30,868 nt of DNA from the NCBI GenBank assembly GCA_041571435.1, contig JBFFUI010000026.1:1-30868 (forward strand). Reading direction: 5' to 3'. Shown here one piece after another: positions 1 to 9,486 of the stretch (its first letter is position 1; every line of letters begins with the position of its first letter). Made by a program: the position numbers and the translations under genes. This DNA comes from Sulfurimonadaceae bacterium (GTDB taxonomy: Bacteria; Campylobacterota; Campylobacteria; Campylobacterales; Sulfurimonadaceae). The notes below the pieces were generated by a model. The model was not told where the DNA came from. It searched no databases and was given only the letters and a program-made list of their open reading frames with translations.

Positions 1-95
1 ACGATCCACTTCCCTTTAAGATCGCGAAGGCAGATCTCAACCTCATCCTGATTCGGGAGACAAAACTCCGGTGCTTTGGTTCCTATTTCCAACAT
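1..95 (-). CDS. bcp: Thioredoxin-dependent peroxiredoxin Bcp, N-terminal part (runs off the window edge)
   Basis: Manual translation from ATG at 95 gives MLEIGTKAPEFCLPNQDEVEICLRDLKGKWIV, a typical Bcp/AhpC-TSA N-terminus. AGGA SD upstream and TATAAT at 138-143. Confidence 0.88.
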   Translation of the reverse strand, partial: MLEIGTKAPEFCLPNQDEVEICLRDLKGKWI

Positions 96-147
96 AGTCT
101 CTTTCCTTCTTCTATATTTTTGCTTTTCTAATAGTGCATTATATCGA

Positions 148-732
148 TTATGCACTTTTTCTTCTAAAGGTCACGACCACATACACCACCGCGATCAATA
201 TAGCCATCCCGAAGAGAAAAAGGCTCCCCTCGACCACGATCCCGTGGCTATCACCCTTGTTTGAGCCGAACATATAGCCGACAGCCAGCATAAAACCGAC
301 CCAGATGATGTTGGCCGCGTAGGTGAAGGGGATAAAGTAGCGAAAAGGCATATGCGACAGACCTGCCGGCAAGGAGATATACTGACCAAGTCCGGGTGTC
401 AACGGGGCGACAAAGACGGAGATCTTGCCATGGGCGTTGAAAAAGTTGGTGACTTTCTCTATAAAAGCCACTTTATGCGACAGCATCTTTTTAATGATCA
501 GCTTGGCAAAAAAGTAGTTGATCAGCGCACCGCTCAGACTGCCCAGTGATCCGCTGAGCAGCAGAAGCCCGTAATGCATCTGCCCCTGCGACGCAAGATA
601 CCCGGCCGGGACCAGGACCAGTTCGCTCGGGACCGGCACAAAGGTACCGACCATCACCATATAGAGGTAGATACCGACGTAGCCCATACTCTCCGTCACC
701 GAGAGCAAAAAGGCGATCAGTGTCTCTAACAT
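148..732 (-). CDS. DedA family membrane protein
   Basis: VPVPSELVLVPAGYL, GSLSGALINYF, FFNAHG and ISLPAGLSHMPF motifs; hydrophobic. Confidence 0.9.
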   Translation of the reverse strand: MLETLIAFLLSVTESMGYVGIYLYMVMVGTFVPVPSELVLVPAGYLASQGQMHYGLLLLSGSLGSLSGALINYFFAKLIIKKMLSHKVAFIEKVTNFFNAHGKISVFVAPLTPGLGQYISLPAGLSHMPFRYFIPFTYAANIIWVGFMLAVGYMFGSNKGDSHGIVVEGSLFLFGMAILIAVVYVVVTFRRKSA

Positions 733-1169
733 TCCAGGTTCTCCTCGTCGAAGACCCTGCCGGCGAACTTCTGGCTGAAAAGTTCTGCTGCGATACCGTT
801 GCCTTTTCTGATCTCTTCTCGGTCGCTGTTCAAGATCGGGGTTGTCCCCAGACCGCAGCTTGGGGATTTGGATTTGAGGACGATGATATCGGCATCGGGA
901 TGCGCTGCTATCATCTTCTCTGTCTGTAGTTTAAGCGCGGTGGTCACTTCGATTTTGCTCTTGTCGGTCATGACCTTGCAATCGTCCTCGACCTCGATGA
1001 CGGAGATACGTTCGCGGGGTGTACCCATCACCGGATCCTCCGGACAAAAAGGGATGATCTCATACTCTTTAAGTGCCTCTATCACGGCATCATTGATCTT
1101 CGTCTCGCCGTCGTACCGAACAAATTCTCCCAGGAGGCATGCCGAGACAATCGCCTTTTTCTTGGGCAT
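726..1169 (-). CDS. DUF523 / thiouracil desulfidase (TudS-like) Fe-S protein
   Basis: VSACLLGE.VRYDG, PFCPE..MGTPRE and LKSKSPSCG motifs carrying the three conserved Cys. Confidence 0.88.
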   Translation of the reverse strand: MPKKKAIVSACLLGEFVRYDGETKINDAVIEALKEYEIIPFCPEDPVMGTPRERISVIEVEDDCKVMTDKSKIEVTTALKLQTEKMIAAHPDADIIVLKSKSPSCGLGTTPILNSDREEIRKGNGIAAELFSQKFAGRVFDEENLEC

Positions 1170-1171
1170 TG

Positions 1172-2587
1172 TTAACAGATGACTACAGATTTGATCTCTG
1201 TCATCTCTTCAATAGCGAACTTCGGCCCCTCGCGGCCGACGCCGCTCAGCTTGACACCGCCGTACGGCTGGATATCGAAACGGAGTGTCGGCATATCGTT
1301 GATCACTATACCGCCCGCCTCCAGTTCATCGATCGCTCTTTGTGTCAAGGCAAGGTCATTCGTAAAGAGCGAGAACTGCAGGCCGTACGGCGAGTTGTTC
1401 ATACGCGGCGCCGCATCGTCAAACCCGTCGACTTTGACCAGAGAGACGATCGGGGCAAAGACCTCTTCACAGACGATTGCCATATCGTCGGTGACATCGG
1501 CCATCACCGTCGGATAGAACATCGTCCCTTCACATTTCACCTTGGTCACGGCACGGGCCCCTTCATCGATAGCGGACTGTACCCAGCCGAGTGCTCTCTG
1601 CGCTGAATCTTCATCGATCAGCGGTCCCATAAAGGTCTTCTCATCATAGGGTGAACCGACGACCAGTTTTTTTGTCTCTGCTGCCATCTTTTCTGCAAAT
1701 GTATCATAAACGTCAGCATCGACATAGATACGCTGCAGTGAGATACAGACCTGACCGGAGTTGACAAAGGCACCCAGGGCGCAGCGGTTGGCAGCCAGGT
1801 CAAGGTCGGCACTTTTGTCGATATAGGTCGCTGCGTTTCCGCCAAGCTCGAGACTCACTTTTTTGATGCCGGCTGATTTGGTAATGATGTTACCGACCGG
1901 AACCGAACCTGTAAAACTGATGACACGGGGAATGTCCGAACCGACCAGGGTCGAACCAACCTCAGCATCACCGTAGACGACACTCAAGGCATCTTTTATT
2001 GCGTATTCGCTCTCGATGAACATCTTGGCAAATTTATACGCCGTCATTGGGGCTTCGGGTGTCGGTTTCAGTACAACCGTGTTCCCGGCCACAAGTGCAG
2101 GTGCCAGTTTATGGGCGACCAGGTTCAGCGGAAAATTGAACGGGGTGATCGCAGCGACAACACCTACCGGCTCACGTCTGAAAAAAGCCATCGTCTTTTT
2201 ACCGCTCGGCATTGCATCGGTGTTGATGGTCTCACCGTGCATCGTGCGCATCGTCTCAGCCGAAAGTGTCACCGTCTCGATACAGCGATCCACTTCCACA
2301 CGTGCAAAGACAATAGGCTTGCCGACCTCTGCCGTAATCGTCTGCGCCATATCTTCTCGGTTATCTCGCAGCTTCTGCGCCACATCAAGCAGCCATGAAC
2401 AGCGTTGTGAAAGTGTCGATGCCTTGGCATCTTTTGTCGCAGCCTGAGCGATTGCCAACGCTTTTTCGGTCTCTTCTACACCACAGACAGGTGCCGTTGA
2501 AACGACGCTGTTATCATAGGGGCTCAGACGCTCGCTGTGTGTCGCTGTTTCGGCTTCCGTCGAGCCATAAAATATTTTTGCCTGCAT
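1172..2587 (-). CDS. NAD(P)-dependent aldehyde dehydrogenase
   Basis: ITPFNFP, FTGS, LELGGN (catalytic Glu), GQVCIS (catalytic Cys), EEVFAP. Start chosen from the AGGA SD at 2594-2597. Confidence 0.93.
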   Translation of the reverse strand: MQAKIFYGSTEAETATHSERLSPYDNSVVSTAPVCGVEETEKALAIAQAATKDAKASTLSQRCSWLLDVAQKLRDNREDMAQTITAEVGKPIVFARVEVDRCIETVTLSAETMRTMHGETINTDAMPSGKKTMAFFRREPVGVVAAITPFNFPLNLVAHKLAPALVAGNTVVLKPTPEAPMTAYKFAKMFIESEYAIKDALSVVYGDAEVGSTLVGSDIPRVISFTGSVPVGNIITKSAGIKKVSLELGGNAATYIDKSADLDLAANRCALGAFVNSGQVCISLQRIYVDADVYDTFAEKMAAETKKLVVGSPYDEKTFMGPLIDEDSAQRALGWVQSAIDEGARAVTKVKCEGTMFYPTVMADVTDDMAIVCEEVFAPIVSLVKVDGFDDAAPRMNNSPYGLQFSLFTNDLALTQRAIDELEAGGIVINDMPTLRFDIQPYGGVKLSGVGREGPKFAIEEMTEIKSVVIC

Positions 2588-2615
2588 CATCAATCCTGTA
2601 AAAGTTATTACTGTA

Positions 2616-2624
2616 ATTCTACCA
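2616..2624 (-). promoter_or_regulatory. Extended -10 (TGGTAGAAT) for the ALDH-DUF523-dedA unit
   Basis: TGnTAnAAT match about 30 bp upstream of the start codon. Confidence 0.6.
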
Positions 2625-2705
2625 TTTAATGGTTATATCTTATTTTTAACATCTCTCTTACTAAGTAAACTCTAAAATTTCATTACTTAACTACAAGGTA
2701 TCTTT

Positions 2706-3167
2706 ATGAACTTGATTATCACCCCATCACGTCTTGGCGACAAACCGCCTGTAACGAAAGCCCATCCCGAGTTTTATCAGCAGGTCGGGGAGGAGCGTTT
2801 CAGAAAACTGATCTCCGATCACTATGAACTTATCAAAGAGAGCTCCATCAAACATCTCTTCCCTATAGATGACCCCCAAGCCTTTGAGCTTGCAAAAAAG
2901 CATGCCGCCGACTTTTTTATCCAGATTTGCGGCGGACCGATGTACTTTCAGGCCTCCCGTGGTGCCCCGATGATGGGTAACCGCCATGCCCCTTTTGCGA
3001 TCACGGCAGAAGCACGTGTCGTCTGGCTTGAGCTCTATGCTCAGCTCCTTGCTGAGCTCGTTGATGAGGGTGTCAGCGAAGAGAACATCGAATCGTTCTG
3101 GCGATACCTTGAAGTCTTTTCAAAGCATATGGTCAACGTCCCGAGCAACAACGTCTTTAAATTTTAA
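2706..3167 (+). CDS. Truncated (2/2) haemoglobin, group II-like
   Basis: FYQQVGEERFRKLISDHY, FFIQICGGPMYF, RHAPFAIT (proximal His), and Trp in RVVWL. Confidence 0.85.
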   Translation: MNLIITPSRLGDKPPVTKAHPEFYQQVGEERFRKLISDHYELIKESSIKHLFPIDDPQAFELAKKHAADFFIQICGGPMYFQASRGAPMMGNRHAPFAITAEARVVWLELYAQLLAELVDEGVSEENIESFWRYLEVFSKHMVNVPSNNVFKF

Positions 3168-3178
3168 ACACTAATGCA

Positions 3179-3196
3179 AGATGGCGAAACCCATCT
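3179..3196. terminator. Small hairpin after the globin stop codon
   Basis: AGATGG-cgaaac-CCATCT; no strong U tract. Confidence 0.35.
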
Positions 3197-3336
3197 AAAC
3201 GACCTTGATCAACTGCAGAGAACTGAACGCATAATAATACAGATATGATGTGAATTGTGCCGGGATCTGCCCGAAAACGCATGGGCATGCGTTGCGAAGT
3301 GAACGTCAGTAAAAGATCCGTTGAAGCCGGAACTTT

Positions 3337-4017
3337 TTACTTGGTGCGGGAGGCTTTTTCTGCGATACCACTCATCCCGAAACGACGTGCGAGCTCCTGC
3401 TTGACACGGTCCGGAGAGATGTTCATGTGACCCAAGGCCACCAAAACATGGTATGTCAGGTCCGCGCACTCATAGATGATCTCATCTTCATCTTTGTCTT
3501 TCACGGCGAAGCTGAACTCACCTGCCTCTTCGACCACCTTTTTCAAGATGTCATTGTCGCCTTTGGAGAGCAGTTTTGCCGTCCATGAGGTCTCAGGGTC
3601 TGCACTCTTACGCTCCAGGATCGTATGGTAGAGAGTATCGATAACACCGTACATCGCATCCGTCTCGACACTCTTTTCAATCGTTACCTCCCCCGAATCC
3701 AGCTCGGTAAAGAAACATGACTTGCGACCTGTATGGCACGCCACGCCATCTTGTTTGACTTTAAGCAACAAGGTATCGTTATCGCAGTCGATCATAAATG
3801 AACTGATATGCTGAAGGTGGTTGGAGCTCTCGCCTTTTTTCCAGATACGCTGTTTTGACCGGGAGAAGTAGTGAGCCAGTTTGGTCTCAAGTGAAAGCTG
3901 AAGGGCTTCTCTGTTCATATAAGCCATCATCAATACTTCATTTGTCGTCTCATCCTGAACGATCACCGGCAGCAGTTCTGATTTTTCCCAATCGACACGG
4001 TTGAGTATCTCTTGCAT
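3337..4017 (-). CDS. hisIE: Bifunctional phosphoribosyl-AMP cyclohydrolase / phosphoribosyl-ATP pyrophosphatase
   Basis: YFSRSKQRIWKKGESS, DCDNDTLL, ACHTGRKSCFF, KKVVEEAGE, ADLTYH. Confidence 0.96.
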   Translation of the reverse strand: MQEILNRVDWEKSELLPVIVQDETTNEVLMMAYMNREALQLSLETKLAHYFSRSKQRIWKKGESSNHLQHISSFMIDCDNDTLLLKVKQDGVACHTGRKSCFFTELDSGEVTIEKSVETDAMYGVIDTLYHTILERKSADPETSWTAKLLSKGDNDILKKVVEEAGEFSFAVKDKDEDEIIYECADLTYHVLVALGHMNISPDRVKQELARRFGMSGIAEKASRTK

Positions 4018-4047
4018 ATAGATTCCTGAATGTTATATTGTTATGTG

Positions 4048-4056
4048 ATTATACCA
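4048..4056 (-). promoter_or_regulatory. Extended -10 (TGGTATAAT) for hisIE
   Basis: Perfect TGnTATAAT 30 bp upstream of the ATG. Confidence 0.7.
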
Positions 4057-4080
4057 TCTTGGTAATGGTGTGGAGGAGAA

Positions 4081-4105
4081 GTATAAAGGGCAGTGCCCTT
4101 TATAC
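4081..4105 (-). terminator. Hairpin terminator after the SPFH gene
   Basis: Perfect 12-bp inverted repeat GTATAAAGGGCA-g-TGCCCTTTATAC, 2 nt past the stop codon. Confidence 0.75.
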
Positions 4106-4107
4106 CT

Positions 4108-5187
4108 CTATTGCATGCTGCTTTGATATTTCGGGTTCTTCGTATCGACCCAGATATTCGGTGTTGAACCGCCAGGTGTCAGGAAGATCTTCGCATCTTT
4201 ATTGACACTCAGTGCTTCATTGAACTTCCCCTGGACCTGGATCTGCTCCAACTGAAGCAGTCTTGGCGTCAATGAACTGGAGATCAGTCTATTGGCTTTT
4301 GCCGTCGCATCCGCTTCAATCGTAATCGCCTGTGCTTTACCTTCGGCAGCGATTCTTACCGCATCCGCCTGACCTTGTGCTTCGGCGGCACGTTTCAATG
4401 CATCCTGTTTTGCTTTTTGCACTTCCTGTTCAGCTTGCTGAACCTGCTGTTTCGCCAACTGGACACGCTCGATCTGATCTTTTACCTTCTGCGGAAGAAC
4501 GATCTCACGGAGCTGTACAGACTGAAGCTCAGCCGGTGCATTTTTAAGCGTTTGAATACTCTCCAGCATTCCCTGCTCGATCGCCGTCGCAATGGCATTA
4601 CGTTTTGTCGGCAGTGCTTCCGCCTCATAGTTACCGATGACATTTCGAACAACATCACGGACGACCGGGTTGATGATCTTCTCTTCCCAGCTAAAGCCCC
4701 AGTTCGAGATCGTCTGCGCTGCATATTCTGCATTAAGACGGTATTGAACGGTCAACTCGATCGAGACCGGCAGACCCCGTTTGTCAAGTACCGTGATCGC
4801 CGGCTTGATCTCGATACCGTCACCGGTTGTCGCAGTACGCTCGATACGGCTGGCGTAGTTGATGATACGGACTTTCGTATCGACAATATAGACCTTCTGG
4901 ATCACCGGCATGATAAAGTGAAGACCCGGAAGAAGGGCCTGTGCTTCATACTTACCGTTTGTTGCCAAGATACCGCGTTCACCCTCGGTGATGACCACAA
5001 AAGGCTTTGCGAGGATTAACAACAGGATAATACCACCGATAAAGTAGATCAGGCCCGCTTTTCCGCCGCCGAAATTGAAATCCATTTTCGGTGGTTTAGG
5101 GACGTTGAAACCGTTATTGTTATTGTTTGAGCCGCTGCCGCCGCCACCCTTCTTCTTATTAAAGTAATCATTCATATCTGATGCCAT
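4108..5187 (-). CDS. SPFH / prohibitin (band 7) membrane protein
   Basis: Gly/Asn-rich N-terminus, one TM helix, LLPGLHFIMP, VQLREIVLP and an Ala/Gln-rich coiled coil. Start at MASDM chosen from the GGAG SD at 5193-5196. Confidence 0.9.
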   Translation of the reverse strand: MASDMNDYFNKKKGGGGSGSNNNNNGFNVPKPPKMDFNFGGGKAGLIYFIGGIILLLILAKPFVVITEGERGILATNGKYEAQALLPGLHFIMPVIQKVYIVDTKVRIINYASRIERTATTGDGIEIKPAITVLDKRGLPVSIELTVQYRLNAEYAAQTISNWGFSWEEKIINPVVRDVVRNVIGNYEAEALPTKRNAIATAIEQGMLESIQTLKNAPAELQSVQLREIVLPQKVKDQIERVQLAKQQVQQAEQEVQKAKQDALKRAAEAQGQADAVRIAAEGKAQAITIEADATAKANRLISSSLTPRLLQLEQIQVQGKFNEALSVNKDAKIFLTPGGSTPNIWVDTKNPKYQSSMQ

Positions 5188-5221
5188 CAAGACTCCATTA
5201 TCTGTGTTATTTTTCTGCATG

Positions 5222-6139
5222 TTAAACATACGTTAAATAGTGGTTGTATTTCTCAATACGGCCGAAGACCATGTCAAAATAGGTGCTCTGGATCTTCTCG
5301 GTAATCGGTCCTCGGGAACCGATACCGATGATACGCCCGTCGACCTCACGAACTGGTGTAACCTCGGCTGCCGTTCCGGTAAGGAAGGCTTCGTCGGCAA
5401 TATAGATCTCTTCGCGCGTAATGCGGCGGCGCTGGACCTCTATGCCCATATCGGTTGCCAGCTCGATAACCATCTTCTGTGTGATCGATTCAAGTGCATT
5501 GTCGCTTGGCGGTGTAATCAGTACACCGTCACGGATCATAAAGAAAGCGGCACCCGTAGCCTCGGCAACATACCCTTGATCATCAAGAAGCAGTCCTTCA
5601 TCATAGCCACACTCGATCGCTTCATATTTTGCCATCTGTGAGTTAAGGTAGTTTGCAGTCGCCTTCGCCTTACCCATGTTAGAGGTGTTGGATGGACGGT
5701 TGATCGAAGCGATCTTAAGACGGATACCGCGTTTAAGTCCCTCTTCCCCAAGATACGCACCCCACTCCCATGCAGCTAGTACGGTCTCAACGGGGGCATC
5801 TTTATGATATACACCCATAACGCCGTAACCTAAAAAAGCAAAAGGACGAAGGTAGACATTATCGCCAGAAAACTCGTTTTTACGGACCAGCTCAATCTGC
5901 GCCTCGTTCAACTCTTCAACCGTGTAAGGAATATTGATCAGAGTCATCTTCGCTGATTCCAATAAACGCTTGGTGTGATCGTTCAGACGGAAGATCGCAT
6001 AACCTTTGTCTGTTTTATATGCTTTTGTCCCTTCGATAACACCGTTTCCGTAGTGGATAGTGTGTGAAAGAACATGGGTCTTTGCATCATCCCAAGGGAT
6101 GAACTCACCGTTCATCCAGATGTATTTAGCTGCATCCAT
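5222..6139 (-). CDS. ilvE: Branched-chain amino acid aminotransferase
   Basis: HYGNGVIEGTKAY, YLRP, AKATANYLNS (PLP Lys), FLTGTAAEVTP. Confidence 0.96.
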   Translation of the reverse strand: MDAAKYIWMNGEFIPWDDAKTHVLSHTIHYGNGVIEGTKAYKTDKGYAIFRLNDHTKRLLESAKMTLINIPYTVEELNEAQIELVRKNEFSGDNVYLRPFAFLGYGVMGVYHKDAPVETVLAAWEWGAYLGEEGLKRGIRLKIASINRPSNTSNMGKAKATANYLNSQMAKYEAIECGYDEGLLLDDQGYVAEATGAAFFMIRDGVLITPPSDNALESITQKMVIELATDMGIEVQRRRITREEIYIADEAFLTGTAAEVTPVREVDGRIIGIGSRGPITEKIQSTYFDMVFGRIEKYNHYLTYV

Positions 6140-6377
6140 AAGTGCATTCCTGTTGTAGTTTTAATCTTTATATAGTGGGTTTGATTTTAGCTAAAATATG
6201 ATTATCTTCTTGTTAATAATCGGTTGGCGCAGGTTCTGATAGGGTAAAAAAAAAGAGGAATATATGGGCATTAGCAGTGTTCTGAACGTATATGATAAGC
6301 AGCGTACAACAAAAGGTAATGAGCACTCTGTTATGTGATGAATAGCACTTGTAGACGGACCCTAATCAACGCATCGA

Positions 6378-7343
6378 CTAATATTTAAGACCGACCTTTT
6401 TTAGAGCCGCATTGATATTTCTGATCTGCTTGTTCTTGTCGCGGCACCAGTCCGGCGAGATGAGACTGTTGTCATCGATACCGGCTGTCATACGTTGAAC
6501 ACTGACATTTTCAGGTTTCATCTGCAACGCTTGTACCAAAACATCAAGATAGTCCTCTTCACTGATTGGTATGAATTCCCCGCGTGCATACTCGTTGGCT
6601 AATGCTGTTCTCTTAACAACATAAAGCGAGTGATACTTCACGGAGTCTATACCCCATTCGTAGGCCGCTTTAGCTGTCTCAAGCATCATCTTTTTGTCTT
6701 CACCCGGCAGACCGAAGATAAGATGGCCGCAGACATTCAACCCGGCCGCTTTGGACTTTATGATCCAATCTTTGACATTCTTTGAATCGTGTCCCCGGTT
6801 AATACGCTCCAAGGTCTGATCATAGATCGATTGGATCCCGAACTCGATCCAGATCTCTTTTTTAGTCGCAAGATCGGCCAAATATGCAAGCGTCTCTTCT
6901 GTTATCGAGTCAGAACGCGTTCCGATACTCAGACCGACCACATCTTCAAATGTCAGCGCCTTGTCGTACAGCGCTTTCAAAGTCTCGAACGGCGCATAGG
7001 TGTTTGTAAACGATTGAAAGTAGACCAGAAACTTTTTGGCACCGTACTCTTTGCGTAGTCTTGCACTTAATGCATCAAACTGCATTTCGAGCTGAAGAAG
7101 CTGTTTGTCCAGATAAGGGTTCTCTTTGGATTCGAGATTTAGGTAGAAACCTTTCAGCTCTTTGACCTCGCCGGTACTGGCACTAAAAGAGTCGTTTTCA
7201 CAAAAAGTACAACCGCCCTTGGCAACCGTTCCATCAATATTCGGGCATGTAAAACCCGATATGTTGATGCCGACTTTATACACCTTCTCGCCAAACTTGT
7301 TACGGAGATAGGCGCCGAAGGTATAGATCTGTGCTGTTTTCAA
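6378..7343 (-). CDS. TIGR01212 (YhcC-like) radical SAM protein
   Basis: GFTCPNIDGTVAKGGCTFC (Cx11Cx2C), YFQSFTNTYAP, GLSIGTR, INRGH. TTG start. Confidence 0.92.
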   Translation of the reverse strand: MKTAQIYTFGAYLRNKFGEKVYKVGINISGFTCPNIDGTVAKGGCTFCENDSFSASTGEVKELKGFYLNLESKENPYLDKQLLQLEMQFDALSARLRKEYGAKKFLVYFQSFTNTYAPFETLKALYDKALTFEDVVGLSIGTRSDSITEETLAYLADLATKKEIWIEFGIQSIYDQTLERINRGHDSKNVKDWIIKSKAAGLNVCGHLIFGLPGEDKKMMLETAKAAYEWGIDSVKYHSLYVVKRTALANEYARGEFIPISEEDYLDVLVQALQMKPENVSVQRMTAGIDDNSLISPDWCRDKNKQIRNINAALKKVGLKY

Positions 7344-7355
7344 AAAAGCAACTTG

Positions 7356-8708
7356 TTAAACGATATAATCGCCGGTAAAACAGGCCGTACAGTAGTTATC
7401 GCTTGTCGTATTGACACTGCGCATCAAGGCCTCATGGCTCAGGTAGGCCAATGAGTCCGCTTCGATATATTTGCAGATCTCTTCTGTACTCATGTTGGCC
7501 GCGATCAGTTTATCCTTGTCCGGTGTATCAACGCCGTAAAAACATGGGTCCGTTGTCGGCGGGCTCGAGATACGCATGTGCACCTCGGCTGCGCCCGCCT
7601 CTTTCAACATACGGATAATACGGCGAGAGGTCGTCCCGCGTACGATCGAGTCATCGATGACAATAATGCGCTTGCCTTTGATCAGGTTCGTGATCGGCGA
7701 AAGCTTCATCTTCACTTTCAGATCACGCATCTCCTGTGTCGGCTCGATAAAGGTACGGCCGATGTAGTGGTTGCGCATAATCCCCATCTCATAGGGAATA
7801 CCGCTCTCTTGTGCGTAACCTATGGCTGCCGGGACACCGCCATCAGGCACAGGCACGACCATGTCAGCCTCAACAGGCTGTTCTTTGGCCAGCTCAACAC
7901 CCATATTTTTACGTTTTTGATAGACATTCTGTCCGAAAACCATCGAGTCTGGACGTGCAAAATAGACATACTCGAAAATACAGTGTTTCGGCGTTGCTTC
8001 ATAGACTTTGATTGATTCCGGCTCTTTGCCTTTTTCAAAAATCAGCATCTCACCCGGTTCCACTTCACGAATATACTCTGCGCCGATTAGATCAAAAGCA
8101 CATGTTTCGGAAGCAACCACATAACCGTCACCGATCTTACCAAGACTGAGTGGACGGAAGCCGAAACGGTCACGCATTGCGAACATTTTAGAACGGCTCA
8201 AGAAGACTAGGGAGAAAGCCCCCTCGATCTTCTTGACCGCATCGATAATACGGTCTTTCAACTTCTTCTGCTCGCTTCTTGCAATGAGATGGATCAGGTT
8301 CTCAGTGTCCATTGAACTCTGGAAAATGGCACCTTGTTTGATAAGCTCTTGGCGCACCTCTTGATGGTTTGTAAGGTTACCGTTATGGACAATAGAGAGT
8401 TGTCCAAGATCGTAGTTTGCATGGACCGGCTGTGCATCCAAAATCGAGTCATCGCCTGCCGTTGAGTAACGGGTGTGGCCGATCGCCATATGCCCTTTCA
8501 GCGTCTCCAGTTTCTGTTCGTCAAAGACCTGCGTCACGAGTCCGCGGTCTTTGATGGTATGCAGACGCGTGCCGTCACCCGAACTGATCCCGGCTGCTTC
8601 CTGCCCGCGATGCTGCAGGGCGTGAAGTGAGAAGTAAGCTAGTTTTGATGCTTCCTGGTGATTAAAAATGCCGACAACAGCACATTTTTCATTTAAATTT
8701 TCGCGCAT
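7356..8708 (-). CDS. purF: Amidophosphoribosyltransferase (Fe-S type with propeptide)
   Basis: EKCAVVG (N-terminal nucleophile Cys), LQHRGQE, DDSIVRGTT, PCFYGVD, CTACFTG. Confidence 0.97.
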   Translation of the reverse strand: MRENLNEKCAVVGIFNHQEASKLAYFSLHALQHRGQEAAGISSGDGTRLHTIKDRGLVTQVFDEQKLETLKGHMAIGHTRYSTAGDDSILDAQPVHANYDLGQLSIVHNGNLTNHQEVRQELIKQGAIFQSSMDTENLIHLIARSEQKKLKDRIIDAVKKIEGAFSLVFLSRSKMFAMRDRFGFRPLSLGKIGDGYVVASETCAFDLIGAEYIREVEPGEMLIFEKGKEPESIKVYEATPKHCIFEYVYFARPDSMVFGQNVYQKRKNMGVELAKEQPVEADMVVPVPDGGVPAAIGYAQESGIPYEMGIMRNHYIGRTFIEPTQEMRDLKVKMKLSPITNLIKGKRIIVIDDSIVRGTTSRRIIRMLKEAGAAEVHMRISSPPTTDPCFYGVDTPDKDKLIAANMSTEEICKYIEADSLAYLSHEALMRSVNTTSDNYCTACFTGDYIV

Positions 8709-8718
8709 GATCTTCCTC

Positions 8719-9486
8719 TTATAATTCTAAACAGTCAGCGATACTATAAAGTCCGCTCTCTTTATTTGCCAGCCATTGAGCTGCACGGATCGCACCTTTG
8801 GAGAAGGTATTACGACTTGTCGCTGTGTGGTTGAGTTCAATGAATTCGCCATCATTGTAAAAACCGACCGTATGACGGCCGACGATGTCACCGCCACGCA
8901 ATGCCATCACGGCGATCTCATCTTCTGTACGTTCACCGATGTTGCCGTTACGTCCGCTGACACGGACATGATCAAGGTCCAATCCGCGGCCGGCAGCAGC
9001 AGACTCCGCCAGCGTCAGGGCGGTCCCGCTTGGTGCATCTTTTTTGTGGCGGTGGTGCATCTCGACCACTTCGATATCAAAACCGTCAAGTTTTTTAGCT
9101 GCCGTATTCACAAGCTTGCTCAACATCGCCACACCCAGTGACATATTCGTGGCATGGAGTACCGGCATCTGCTCGCTGACTGTTTTCAAAAGGTTCAGCT
9201 GATGGGTATCGAAACCCGTTGTACCCGAGACAATAGGTTTAGGGTTTTTCAAAGCCTCTTCAAAAAGGATCTGTGCCGCTTCCGGCAGTGAAAAATCGAT
9301 GACTATGTCACATTTTTCCAAAAAAGTTGCAGCGTCGTTCGTCACTGCAATACCCTCCGCCAAAGGAAAGTTCAACTCTTTACGGATATGGATCACTGTA
9401 AGTTCTATGCCTTCAGTTTTCGCCAAGTCCTCTATCAAAAGACGGCCAACACGTCCGCTGGCCCCGTATACACCTGCTTTAATCAT
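8719..9486 (-). CDS. dapB: 4-hydroxy-tetrahydrodipicolinate reductase
   Basis: GASGRVG, IDFS, GTTG, EMHHRHKKDAPSGTA. Confidence 0.97.
   Translation of the reverse strand: MIKAGVYGASGRVGRLLIEDLAKTEGIELTVIHIRKELNFPLAEGIAVTNDAATFLEKCDIVIDFSLPEAAQILFEEALKNPKPIVSGTTGFDTHQLNLLKTVSEQMPVLHATNMSLGVAMLSKLVNTAAKKLDGFDIEVVEMHHRHKKDAPSGTALTLAESAAAGRGLDLDHVRVSGRNGNIGERTEDEIAVMALRGGDIVGRHTVGFYNDGEFIELNHTATSRNTFSKGAIRAAQWLANKESGLYSIADCLEL

Noticed and set aside
6224..6240. Sigma-54 promoter TTGGCGC...CTGA
   Set aside because: The -12 GC dinucleotide is missing.
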